A DNA stretch of 62,704 bases, from the NCBI RefSeq assembly GCF_004010195.1, contig NC_057720.1, forward strand, positions 4,504,524 through 4,567,227, given 5' to 3'. Positions within the stretch are counted from its first letter, which is position 1; every line of letters begins with the position of its first letter. The position numbers and the translations under genes were made by a program. The stretch comes from Chiloscyllium plagiosum (Eukaryota). The notes below the pieces were generated by a model. It searched no databases. It worked only from the letters and a program-made list of their open reading frames with translations, and was not told the origin of the DNA. Shown piece after piece: positions 1 to 11,580 of this stretch.

Positions 1-1815
1 GGCAGAGAGTGAGTGCTGGGGGGGTGGCAGAGAGTGAGAGATGGGGGCAGCAAGAGAAGTGGGGGATCAGTGAGATGGTGTACAAGGAAGGGGAGGGAGC
101 ATTGTTTGGGATTTTTGGATAGTTCCTTTCTGGGTGTGCAGTGGTGCTCATTTGGGGGATTGGTTGTGTAGTGCTGGGGGTGGGGAGTGAAGAGCGGAGG
201 GAGTCACCGTCCAGAGATGGAGGGGAAAGAGGGGCTGGGGGAAATGTTTTGGAGGGAGATGATGTGGGGAAAGGTTCGGAAGAGTGGTGTCAACAGGGAG
301 CAGAATCAAAGTAGGTCAGTTAGGAGGTCTGCAAACCATTCAAATCTCTGGTTGCCTGGAAGTTGTCTTTTGAAGGCCATTGATCTGCAACACTTGGAAT
401 GGGGTATTGGGATGGGAGCTCCTGTCTCTCCCCACCCCCTGCTCTGTTTTATGAGTTGAGATAGATTCTCCTCTTTGCAATGTCGCCTTTCCCGCTTCTG
501 CCTGCTTTTGGAATAATAGACGTAACCAACAGCATAGACCATAAGACATAGGAGTGTAAGTATGGCCATTCGGCCCATCGAGTCCACTCCACCATTTAAT
601 CATGGCTGATGGGCATATCGCTGCCACTTACCCACACTGTCCCTATATCCCTTAATTCCTTGCAAGATCAAGAATTTCAGTCTCTCCCTTGAAGGCATTT
701 AATGTCCTGGCCTCCACTGCGCTCTGTGGCAATTAATTCCACAGGCCCACCACACTCTGGCTGAAGAAATGTCTCCTCATTTCTGTTCTAAATTGACCCC
801 CTCTAATTCTAAGGCTGTGCCCACAGGTCCAAGTCTCCCCTCCTAACAGAAACAAATTCCCAGCATCCACCCTTTCTAAGCCATGCATTATCTTGTAAGT
901 TTCTATTAGATCTCCCCTCAACCTTCTAAACTCTAATGAATACAGTCCCTGGATCCTCAGCTGTTCATTGTATGGAGGCCTACCCCCCATTCCAGGGATC
1001 ATCCTTGTGAATCTCCACTGGACACCCTCCAGTGCCAGTATGTCCTTCCTGAGGTGTGGGGCCCAAAACTGGACACCGTATTCTAAATGGGACCAAACCA
1101 GAGCTTTATAAAGTCTCAGTAGCACAACGCTGCTTTTACATTCGAACCTTCTTGAGATAAATGACAATATTACATTTGCTTTCTGAACCACTGACTGAGC
1201 CTGCAAGTCAACCATTAGAGAACCTTAGACTAGCACTCCCAGATCCCTTTTTTACTTTGGCTTTATGAATTTTCTCACCGTTTAGAAAATAGTCCGACCC
1301 TGTATTCTTTTTTCCAAAGTGCAAGACCTCGCATTTGCTCACATTGAGTTTTATCAGCCATTTCTTGGACCACTTTCCTAAACTGTCTAAATCTTTCTGC
1401 AGCCTTCCCACCACCTCATAACTACCTGCCTGTCAGCCTAACTTCGTATCATCGGCAAACTTCGCCAGAATGCCCCTAATCCCTGCTCCTAGACCATTAA
1501 TGTATAATGTGAACAGCTGCGGCCCCAACACTGAACCCTGCGGGACACCATTTGTCACTAGCTGCCATTCCGAAAAAGTACCTTTTATCCCAACTCACCG
1601 CCTTCTGTCAGACAGCCAATCCTCAATCCATGCCAGTGGCCCACCTTGAACACCATGGGCCCTTGCCTTACACAGCAGCCTTCCGTGTGGCACCTTAACA
1701 AAGGCTTTTTGGAAGTCTAGGTAGATAACATCTTCTGGGTTTTCCTGGTCTAACCTATTGTTAACTCTTCAAAGTATTCTAACAGGTTTGTCAGGCACGA
1801 CCTCCCCTTACTAAA

Positions 1816-2034
1816 GGAGAAAGTGAGTTCTGCAGATGCTGGAGATCAGAGCTGAAAATGTGTTGCTGGAAAAGCGCAGCAGGTCAGGCAGCATCTAGGG
1901 AACAGGAGAATCGATGTTTCGGGCATAAGCCCTTCTTCAGGATTCCTGAAGAAGGGCTTATGCCCGAAACGTCGATTCTCCTGTTCCCTGGATGCTGCCT
2001 GACCTGCTGCGCTTTTCCAGCAACACATTTTCAG
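1816..2034. mobile_element. Penelope-derived fold-back mini-element (family 1) with 14-bp TSD
   Basis: Near-perfect inverted repeat centred at about 1943. Target duplication ctccccttactaaa at 1802-1815 and 2035-2048. Arms are the same sequence that terminates GIY-YIG-encoding elements elsewhere in the window. Confidence 0.85.
1946..1973 (+). ncRNA. Minimal hammerhead ribozyme-like motif (mirror copy on - at about 1913-1940)
   Basis: CTGAAGA-A-GGGC-TTAT-GCCC-GAAA-CG-TC: conserved core, 4-bp stem II, palindromic ACGT stem III and GUC triplet. Stem I is weak. Confidence 0.65.
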
Positions 2035-2689
2035 CTCCCCTTACTAAATCCATGCTGACTTGTTCTAATCTGTCCCTGCACTTCCAACAATGTAGAAATC
2101 TCATCCTTAATGATGGATTCTAAACTTTTACCAACAACCAAGGTTAGGCTAATCGGCCTATAATTTTCCAGGTTTCGTCTTGATCCTTTCTTGAACAAGG
2201 GGGTTACAACAGCGATTTTCCAATCATCTGTGATTTTCCCTGACTCCAGTGATTTTTGAAAGATTACAACCAACGCCTCCGCTATTTCTTCAGTTATCAC
2301 CCTCAGAACTCTAGGTTGTAGCACATCAGGCCAGGAAATTTATAAATTTTTTAGACCTTTTAGCTTTTCTAGCATCTTCTCTTGTAATGGCTACCATACT
2401 CAACTCTGCCCCTTGACTCTCCTTAATTGTTGGGATATTACTCATGTTTTCCACTGTGAAGACTGACACAAAGTATTTATTAAGTTCTTCACCTGTTTCC
2501 TTATTTTCATCACTAGCCTTTCTGCATCAATTTGGAGCAGCCCAATTTCTACTTTTGCCTCTCGTTTGTTTCTTATGTATTGAAAGCTTCCTGGGCTCTC
2601 AGCCATTGTTTTGATGGAGTAAATTTATTTTACTTGAAATGTAGCAATGCCCTCATTCCTATAGCTGACATTGTTGGTTTCTGTTTCAG

Positions 2690-2828
2690 CTCTTGGTCTT
2701 TGACGTTGGTGGTACAGATTGGCACCATTATGACTTTTCTAAGGTCACAACTATTGCAGCCTTTGGAATTTATGACCCTCAGCTTGTATGTCATGCTCAC
2801 GCACATAACATTCGTGTCGTCCTGAAAG
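2690..2828 (+). CDS. ctbs: CTBS-like gene A, coding exon 2 (not in ORF track)
   Basis: Acceptor tttcag|CTC, donor AAAG|gtaact. Translates LLVFDVGGTDWHHYDFSKVTTIAAFGIYDPQLVCHAHAHNIRVVLKG, matching CTBS VFVFDVG...WSQITTVATFGKYD.ELMCYAH..GARVVLKG. Confidence 0.93.
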
Positions 2829-3506
2829 GTAACTTTGTTTCTCTAAGTAAACAAATTGTCCTTTAATGCATTGAAGTCTTATTGAGAGCTGCAGAAAGGA
2901 ACATAAAATTCAAAGCTGTGTACATATGTCCTATGTTTTATTCCTTTATCTGTCAAAAGAATACTTGGATGAGAATTTGAAACGTCATAACATTCCAGGC
3001 TACAGACCTTGTGGTAGAGAGTAAGCTTCGTGTAAATTTGGCAGGACAGACTCTGGACTGAAGGGCCTCTTTTGTACTGTATGTTCTATGATCCTGTGAT
3101 GTCAAACCACCTCAATAATCCCAACAAAACCAGTGATAGCTATTTTCCATTCTATCCATTATGGTAACTCTTACAATATGCATCTTGTTATCATGCCTTT
3201 CTTAGAATGGGTTTTTCTACTTTTGTATCAATGTTTTTCCATTTTTGTTTCCCAGGTGGTGTCACAGTGATGTCACTGGACTTTCATAATCTGGCGCACC
3301 ACTGGGTGTTGGGGAAGTTTGCTTAGTAAAGGCTAGCATAATGGTGACGCTATAACCACTGTCCCTGATTGTTGTTAAAACCAAAAACCCATAAGTTTGT
3401 TCATGTCCTTTTTAGGAAAGGAAGTCTATCATTCTTACCAAGTCTGGCATCCATGTGACTGCAGACTCTCAGCAATGTAGTTGACTCTTAACTGCCCTCT
3501 GAAATG

Positions 3507-3706
3507 GACGAAAGTGAGTACTGCAAATGCTGGAGGTCAGAGTCAAGATTAGAGTGGTGCTGCAAAAGCACAGCAGGTCAGACAGCATCCGTGGAGCTGG
3601 AAAATCAAAGGTTTGGGCAAAAGCCCTTTTGTCAGGAAAAATGAAGGGCTTTTGCCTGAAACGTCGATTTTTCCTGCTTCTCGGATACTGCCTGACCTGC
3701 TGTGTT
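3507..3706. mobile_element. Penelope-derived fold-back mini-element (older family-1 copy)
   Basis: Imperfect inverted repeat. TSD ctgcc(c/g)tctgaaatg at 3492-3506 and 3707-3721. Confidence 0.75.
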
Positions 3707-3930
3707 CTGCCGTCTGAAATGCCCAGCAAGCCACTCCGTTCAATGGGCAAATGGGAATGGGTAATAATAGCTGGCCTAGGTAATGGCACCTCTTGTGAAA
3801 CATTTTGGGGATGTTTCAGTCATTTAAATGTACTATATCAATATAGGTTGTTTGATATTATTATGATGAAAGCTGCCTCTAATTATTGCAGCAAGTTGAC
3901 ATGCTTCCCACCTGCTTAAATTGCTTTAAA

Positions 3931-4052
3931 TTATAGAATTCAGTTACCATTGTGACATCTACTTCCTGTTCTAATTTTGAGCCAGTAACAGTGAAGAAAT
4001 GTTCAAAATTAGAACAGGAAGTAGATGTCACAATGGTAACTGAATTCTATAA
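3931..4052. repeat. Perfect 50-bp inverted repeat with 22-nt spacer
   Basis: 3931-3980 is the exact reverse complement of 4003-4052. Confidence 0.95.
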
Positions 4053-4599
4053 GAAGCTTTTCTTTTGATCATGGGATGTGGATGTTGCTGAATGGGTCAA
4101 CATTTCTAGCTGATTGCTCATTGCCCTTAGGTTGCGGCTGAACTGGCACCTTACAGTGCTGTTCAGGAGATTATAATCAAGACTTGAACCCAGTGACAGT
4201 GACTGAAGAGTGATTTGACATTCCAGGTCAGAAAGATGTATGGCTTGGGGAACTAGTCGGTAGTGGTACAAATGCGCGTGGAAAGAGGAGTAGGTCATTT
4301 GGCACCTAGTGCCTACTCTCCATCGCCCACAACTGGTCAGATTGTGGCTTTGACTTCATATTCCTGTCTACCCAAAATAAACTTGAGTTCCTAAAGTCCT
4401 GCCACACACAGTTGTCCATTGGACAATTAAACAGCAAACAGCGGGGTAGCCTCCAAAAATATATCCATCCTCAGTGACATTAATGCAAAGGGTATGCCAG
4501 CAGCATTTCCAATAACCTTCGGTTGAAGTTCCAGGTGGGTGATCCATCTTTGCATTCCTCTGAGCTCCCCAGCAACATGGGATGAAAGCTAGAATCTGA

Positions 4600-6420
4600 T
4601 TTACTCTGAAATTAAGAAATGGGTGAAAGGATGGGAGGACTGTCATTCGATAGTCATTATGGCCGGGTTTCTGGCTGTGTGGCTCAGAAGGGAAGGGAGG
4701 AGAATAGGAGAGGGAGAGTGATAGGAAATATAACCTTGGGGTGATCAAATCGGAGATTCTGTGATCAAGAGTGAGACTCACAGATGATGTGTTCCCTCCT
4801 GGGTGCCAGGGTCAGGGATGTCTTGGATTGAATCTACAGGATTCTTGAGGGGGAGGGAGAGCAGCCAAAAGTTGTGGTACACATCTGTAGCAAGGACATA
4901 GGTCGGGAAAGGGAGGAAGGCCTGAAAAGAGAATATGGGGAGTTAGGTTGGAAGCTAGGATCAGGACAAGCAGAGTAGTAATCTCAGGATTGCTACCGGT
5001 GCCATATACTAATGAGACAAAGAACAGAGAGCGAGTATAGATGGGTGAGTATAGATGGACAGGAGAGAGGGCTTCACATATTTGGCTCATTGAGATACCT
5101 TCTGGGGAAGGTGGAACCTGAACTGGAGGAGCACCAATATCCTGGACGGGAGGTTTGTTAGAGCTGTTTGGGAGGTTTTAAACTATATTGGCAGGGGGGT
5201 GGGAGCCAGAGCTACGGATCAGATGATGGAGTAGGTAGTGAACAGCCAGATAGAGCAAACACAGTCTGTGAGGAGGGATAAGCACTTGATAGGACAAAAG
5301 TGCAGTCAGTGTGATTGATTGAAGTGTGTGGACTTTAATAAGGCATTTGATAATGTTCCTCATGGTAGGTTCATTCAGAAAGTAAGGAGGCATGCAATAA
5401 AGGAAACCTGTCTGTCTGGCCTATAGAAGACAGAGTGGTGGTATATGGAAAGTATTCAGCCTGGAGCTGGGCGATCTGTTCTTGGGCCTCTGTTCTTTGT
5501 GACTTTTAGAAAAGACGTGGATGAGGAAATGCAAGGGTAGGTTAGTTTGCTAATGACACAAAAGTTTGGTGGAATTGTGGATAGTGTGGAGAGCTATTGT
5601 AGGATGCAATGAGCCATTGACAGGATGCAGAACTGGGCTGATAAGTGACAGATGGAGTTCAACTTGGAAAAGTGTGAAGTGATTTATTTTGGAAGATTGA
5701 ATTTGAATGCAGAATACAGGGATAAAGACAGGATTCTTGGCAGTGTGGAGAAACAGAGGGATCTTGGGGTCCATGTCCATAGATCCCTCAAAGTTGCCAC
5801 CTAAGTTGATAGAGTTGTTAAGAAGGTGTATGATGTTGGTTTTCATTAGCAGGGGGATTGAGTTTACAACCTGCAAGGTTATGCTGTAGCTCTATCAAGT
5901 CCTGGTTAGATCACATTGGAATATTGTGTTCAGTGCTCATTATAGGAAGGATGTGGAAGCTTTAGAGAGGGTGGAGAGGAGATTTACCAGGATGCTGCCT
6001 GGACTGGAGAGCATGTCTTATGAAGAAAGATTGAGGGAGCTAGGGTTTTTGTCATTGGAGCGAAGAAGGATGAGAGATGACTTGATAGAGGTGTACAAGA
6101 TGTTGAGAGGCATAGATTGGACAGTCAGGTGGAAGTGTTTATCATAAGGGGGTATAGTTTTAAGGTAATTGTAACAAGGTTTAGGGGAGATGTCAGAGGT
6201 AGGTTCTTTACTCAGGGTATGGTGAATGCTTAGAATGCACTGCCAGCAGTGGTGGTGGTAGAGTGAGATACATCAGGGACATTTAACTGACTCTTGAATA
6301 GGCACATAGTACAATAAAGGGTATGTAGGTTAGTCTGGTGTTAAAATAAGATAAAAGGCCGGCACAACATCGAAGGCTGAAGGGCTTGTATTGTGCTGTA
6401 TAGTTGTATGTTCTGTGTTC
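4600..6420 (+). mobile_element. Degenerate CR1 LINE (ORF1 remnant plus RT 3' part)
   Basis: RT remnants, e.g. YRKDVEALERVERRFTRMLPGL...RRMRDDLIEVYKML; CR1-type 3' UTR at about 6350-6420. Boundaries are approximate. Confidence 0.8.
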
Positions 6421-7469
6421 TCATTGGAACTGTACCACCATTTCTTCACTGTTACTGGCTCAAAATCCTGAAGCCCTATCCTTATCTAGATACGCCAACA
6501 GTGCTGTTGTGAATTACAATTACTCAAGAAAGCATCTTCTCTTGGTCAGTTATTGATGGGGAAACAAATCCTGAACTAGCTAGCAATGCCCACATCCCAT
6601 GAATGAAGAAAATATGTATATTGCACATTTCCATAATACAAATCAATTGATAAGGTCTGGTAAATTATTTCTGCATTATTTGTACATTTTTCAAATAAAG
6701 TTTAAGCTCAAGTTTTGTGAGCAATTTTTAAAAGGAATATATTGTGCATACTCCCAAAAGTGAACAGTCTGCCTTTCACTTCTGACCATCAACAAAAGAT
6801 GTGAGCAGTTATTACATTTTCAAATTGTTTTGTGTGATTTTTGCTGATTAGTTCTGTTATTTCTGAAAGTTCATGAAAAAGAAGCAAAATTGTAATTTAT
6901 CTGCAGTGTTTTAACATCTCCCACTTCTTTCAAAGTCTTGTTGAAAGCTCAACTCTCTTTCTCAGTATAAGGGACTGACTTTTCAACTTGTGCTAATGTA
7001 CATAATTTATATATTTGTCATCTGTTTTAATATATACTTTTGTGAAACTGTATAAGAGCAGCAATCAAAGCAAACTTGAGACTGAGCCATATAAGGTATG
7101 TAGAATAGAAGAAATGGGTATGGGAGGAGGCTGCTCTGCCCCTCGGGCCTGCTGCACTATTCAATAGGATCATTGCTGATCCGACGCTCCTCACCCTAAT
7201 TTTCCTGCCCTTTTCCCCTGGCACCAGTCAAGAATCTGTTGGTCATTGTCACTCAGTCTCAATCTGTCTCAAGGAAATAATAGGACAAGAGACAGGCTTG
7301 CTGAAAAAGCCACTTAAAGGTGAGAGGTGCTTAAGAATGAGTGCTAATGCTTAAGACCCAGGCAACTAAAGATACAGCCACCAGTGAAGAGAACCTCAGA
7401 TGCACAAGAGGTCAGAATTAGAGGGTTGAAGAGAGCTGGAGTTAATGGAGAAAGAGTGGGTAAAGCTAA

Positions 7470-7692
7470 TTAGATTAGATTAGATTACTTAAAGTGTGGA
7501 AACAGGCCCTTCGGCCCAACAAGTCCACACCGACCCGCCGAAGCGCAACCCACCCATACCCCTACATTTATCCCTTTAACCTAACACTACGGGCAATTTA
7601 GCATGGCCAATTCACCTGACCCGCACATCTTTGTGACTGGTCTCTGGCGCTGTGAGGCAGCAGTGCTGACCACTGTGCCACCGTGCCGCCCA
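7470..7692 (-). mobile_element. tRNA-derived HE1/V-type SINE, internally deleted
   Basis: Reverse complement of the SINE head (gggcggcacggtggcacagtgg) and the (CTAAT)n tail; same family as 49780-50097. Confidence 0.85.
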
Positions 7693-8732
7693 CAAAGCCT
7701 TGGAGAAATTTTTAAAAATCGGGATGAGAAGTTTTAAATTTGCAGGCTATATGTCCATTTTACACACTTCGAATTTACTGACATGATTGAAAACTCTTCA
7801 TCAAGACAAAAGAACCTGGTCAAACTTGTTTTGTGACAGATTAGAGGCCACTTAATGCAAAAATCTTTAACAGAGCTGTTTACAAAATACAAAATAAAAT
7901 TAGATGGATCTATTTAATTCTTATTGTAAGGTATTTTAAAAATTTCATTAAAGTAATTGCTTATGAAGGAACACTAGCAGTTAGAAATATTCACAGAGCA
8001 GCTGCAGTTCTGCTGTATGTCACCACCAGTGGCAGTAACGTAGAAACTAGGAGCAGGCGAAGGCCATTCAGCCCTTTGAGTCTGCTCTGCCATTCAGTAA
8101 GATTGTGGCTGGTTACTCAACACCATATTTCCATCATCTCCCATACCCTGGATGCATTTAAAATCTAGAAATGTATCTGTCTCTTTCTCGAATATATTCA
8201 GTGCCTTGGCTTCCCCAGCCTTCTGTGGTAGAGAATTCTATAGGGTCACTATCCTTCACGTGAAGAAGTTTGTCCTGATCTCCACCCTAAACAGTGTGAG
8301 ATGTATAGTTACAGGCCATATTATGTTCAAATTCCTGTCTAAAGTTGACCAGGTATGGTCACAGCTTTAAATGGAAAGATGACAGGACACTGTTGTGTTG
8401 GAGTGAGTATTCAATCTCTTTTTATTCCTTGACTCCAAAGAAGCATGTCAGGAATTAAAAAGCGAAATGAAGATTAGCGAAAACTGGACTTGGTGTCCAG
8501 GATCCTGGCCCAGCCCATGTACTGGTTCTGTCCCAACTGAGATTTTGCTGCCTTTTCTGTCAGTCACAGATCTTTAAGCTCTCAATCTACTGAACTCTAG
8601 AATCTTTCTTGTACTTTCTGCATCACAGTGTCTTCCCTTATTAAATTGCCCCTCGATCCACCTAATTGTTTTTTGTTGCTGCTCTTGCTGTTTCTTTAGG
8701 TCAGAAAATTTTGTTTACTCCAGCAATTTACA

Positions 8733-10268
8733 AGGTAAAAACAATGACTGAAGATGCTGGAAATCAGATTCTGGATTAGTGGTGCTGGAAAAGCACAGCA
8801 GTCCAGGCAGCATCCGAGGAGCAGTAAAATTAATGTTTTGGGCAAAATCCCTTCATCAGGAATACAAGCAGAGTGCCTGAAGGGTGGAGAGATAAATGAG
8901 AGGAGGGTGGGGGTGGGGGTGGGGAGAAAGTAGCATAGAGTACAATAGATGAATTGAAAAACCTGCACCCACACCACCTCCCTCACCTCCATCCAAGGTC
9001 CTAAAGGAGCCTTCCACATCCATCAAAGTTTTACCTGCACATCCACCAATTTCATTTATTGTATCCCTTACTCCCGATGCAGTCTCCTCTACATTGCGGA
9101 GACTGGATGCCTCCTAGCAGAGCGCTTTAGGGAACATCTCTGGGACACCCGCACCAATCAACCACACCGCCCTGTGGCCCAACTCCCCCTCCCACTCAGC
9201 CAAGGACATTGAGGGCCTGAGCCTCCTTCACCGCCACTCCCTCACCACCTAACGCCTGGAGGAAGAACGCCTCATCTTCTGCCTCGGAACACTTCAACCC
9301 CAGGGCATCAATGTGGACTTCACCAGTTTCCTCATTTCCCNNNNNNNNNNNNNNNNNNNNNNNNNNNNNNNNNNNNNNNNNNNNNNNNNNNNNNNNNNNN
9401 NNNNNNNNNNNNNNNNNNNNNNNNNNNNNNNNNNNNNNNNNNNNNNNNNNNNNNNNNNNNNNNNNNNNNNNNNNNNNNNNNNNNNNNNNNNNNNNNNNNN
9501 NNNNNNNNNNNNNNNNNNNNNNNNNNNNNNNNNNNNNNNNNNNNNNNNNNNNNNNNNNNNNNNNNNNNNNNNNNNNNNNNNNNNNNNNNNNNNNNNNNNN
9601 NNNNNNNNNNNNNNNNNNNNNNNNNNNNNNNNNNNNNNNNNNNNNNNNNNNNNNNNNNNNNNNNNNNNNNNNNNNNNNNNNNNNNNNNNNNNNNNNNNNN
9701 NNNNNNNNNNNNNNNNNNNNNNNNNNNNNNNNNNNNNNNNNNNNNNNNNNNNNNNNNNNNNNNNNNNNNNNNNNNNNNNNNNNNNNNNNNNNNNNNNNNN
9801 NNNNNNNNNNNNNNNNNNNNNNNNNNNNNNNNNNNNNNNNNNNNNNNNNNNNNNNNNNNNNNNNNNNNNNNNNNNNNNNNNNNNNNNNNNNNNNNNNNNN
9901 NNNNNNNNNNNNNNNNNNNNNNNNNNNNNNNNNNNNNNNNNNNNNNNNNNNNNNNNNNNNNNNNNNNNNNNNNNNNNNNNNNNNNNNNNNNNNNNNNNNN
10001 NNNNNNNGAAGATCAACTGTTCTATGTAGCCAACAAAGAGACAGGCATAGCTGGGGCCCATACATGTGCCCATGGCTACCCCTTTGGTCTGGAGGAAGTG
10101 GGAGGATTCGAAGGAGAAATTAAGGGTGAGGACCAGTTCGGCCATACGAATGAGTGTCGGTGGAAGGGTACTGTTGGGGACGTTGGGAGAGGAAGAAACG
10201 GAGGCCCTGGTCATGGCGGATGGAGGTGTAGAGGGATGCTGTGCTTTTCCAGTACCACTAATCCAGAA
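8733..10268. mobile_element. Penelope-like element (Neptune-type) with rearranged GIY-YIG and RT segments; 14-bp TSD
   Basis: GIY-YIG remnant on + (FTCTSTNFIYCI...LYIAETG...RFREHL...LEEERLIFCLGTLQPQGINVDF, about 8960-9340). PLE RT remnant on - (FLQTKGVAMGTCMGPSYACLFVG, 10008-10235). TSD tccagcaatttaca at 8719-8732 and 10269-10282. Confidence 0.88.
9341..10007. other. Assembly gap (667 N)
   Basis: Run of n. Confidence 1.
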
Positions 10269-10604
10269 TCCAGCAATTTACAGGAGGGGCTTCTGCAGCA
10301 TTGGGGGTGCTGTGATTCTGATGAGGCGCACAGGTGCGTCAATATGGCTGTTTTGGTGAATGCAGAAAGCGCTTTGTACACTTTGAAGAGCGTTGAGGTT
10401 TCGTGGTGTCCTTGGTGACCTTTATCCCTCACTCAATGCCTCCAATGCCAAACTGACCACTTGTTTCTTTCTCATGGGATCATCACTGGGCAAGCTGGAA
10501 AACAGCATTGATTATACTTCCCAGCCAGAGCTAGAAAGTGCTTGAGAACATTGTTCTGTGAATGGTGCTGTATAAATGTAGATTGTTCCTTTGCTTTTCA
10601 CCAG

Positions 10605-10813
10605 GAGATGTGCCAATTAAAAACATATTAGACCATACCCAGCGAATAAATTGGATCAATGATCAAATACAGTTGGCAAAGCAGCAGTTTATGGATGGGA
10701 TTAACTTGGATCTGGAGGAAGCTGTTGAATTTATGTCTGAAGGATATTACGCTGTAACGCAACTGGTTAATGAAACCACACAAATCTTCCATCGTGAAAT
10801 ACCAGGGTCTCAG
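10605..10813 (+). CDS. ctbs: CTBS-like gene A, coding exon 3 (GH18 catalytic motif)
   Basis: Acceptor caccag|GA, donor CAG|gtaaca. Translates DVPIKNILDHTQRINWINDQIQLAKQQFMDGINLDLEEAVEFMSEGYYAVTQLVNETTQIFHREIPGSQ. DGINLDLE (10694-10717) is the CTBS form of the GH18 DxxDxDxE motif. Confidence 0.96.
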
Positions 10814-11375
10814 GTAACACAGCAATATTTCATTTGAATTGTGCAAACAATTTAGTTCCTGCATAATTGTAAATAAACATTGATTTTTTTTTTCTGGGTG
10901 AGTATAAATAATTTCTAGCTGCTTTTTGATCGTGAATTTGCTTGTCACAAAGCTGCGTAGGCTGTAACTCAGCTTAAACGTTTTAGGCTGCATCTGTTTT
11001 GAACGAAAATAAAGCAGAATTGGTGATATAGCTGTTATAATTCAGTATTAGGCAAATGAATTGAAGCTCAGCTTCCATGGTGTCACCACAAGTTTGGGAA
11101 TGATGAGCAGAGGGCAGCCATTCATTTCATTGTTTGAAAGAAAGCACTTCCATGTCCTGATCAGTGTGCTCCCAGAAAGCTACAAATTGTTTCCCTTCAA
11201 GTATTTAACTGCATACTTTTTGATTATTTGATTCAAACTGCTTCAGGACATTCAGATTCTCAGACGTTAGTCTGATGTTTCTGGAATACTAATTCAGTGA
11301 CCTACATTGCCGCCATGTCACCAGCTCCCATTGTAATAGAATGTCCAGTATTGGTCTGCTTCAGTTTCACAGACT

Positions 11376-11580
11376 AGGAGAAAGTGAGGATTGCAGATAC
11401 TAGAGAAAAGTGCAGTGCTGGAAAAGCAGGGCCAGTCAGGCAGCATCCAAGGATCCAATGTTTTGGGTGTAAGCCCCTCACGTTCCTGATGAAGGACTTA
11501 TACCCGAAACATCGACTCTCTTGCTCCTCAGATGCTGCCTGACCTCCTGTGCTTTTCCAGTGCCACATTTTTTTGAATCT
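11376..11580. mobile_element. Penelope-derived fold-back mini-element (decayed family 1)
   Basis: Same arms as 1816-2034; decayed core ctgatgaaggacttatacccgaaacatc at 11486. Confidence 0.7.

Larger units (their letters stand above)
534..2590 (-). mobile_element. CR1-clade LINE, 5'-truncated and degenerate
   Basis: RT fragments ENYRPISLT and LYKALVWSHLEYGVQFWAPHLRKDILALE...LRGDLIETYK; typical CR1 3' end (cctatgtcttatggtctatg) at about 534. Interrupted at 1816-2034. Confidence 0.9.

Noticed and set aside
1..310. G-rich purine tract and 90-aa ORF as possible exon 1 or promoter of gene A
   Set aside because: No signal-peptide or CTBS N-terminal similarity and no CpG island; most likely intron-1 low-complexity sequence.
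733..1215. 160-aa ORF and similar RT-like ORFs (21219-21686, 34844-35401, 52788-53087) as host genes
   Set aside because: They are frameshifted fragments of CR1 ORF2.
1846..2058. Mirror-image 60-66 aa ORFs (MCCWKSAAGQAASREQEN...) on both strands, recurring elsewhere
   Set aside because: Artefact of the palindromic Penelope terminus; no coding signature.
9196..10214. Long ORFs of 238-306 aa in the ORF track
   Set aside because: They only read through the N gap; the flanks are Penelope GIY-YIG and RT remnants.
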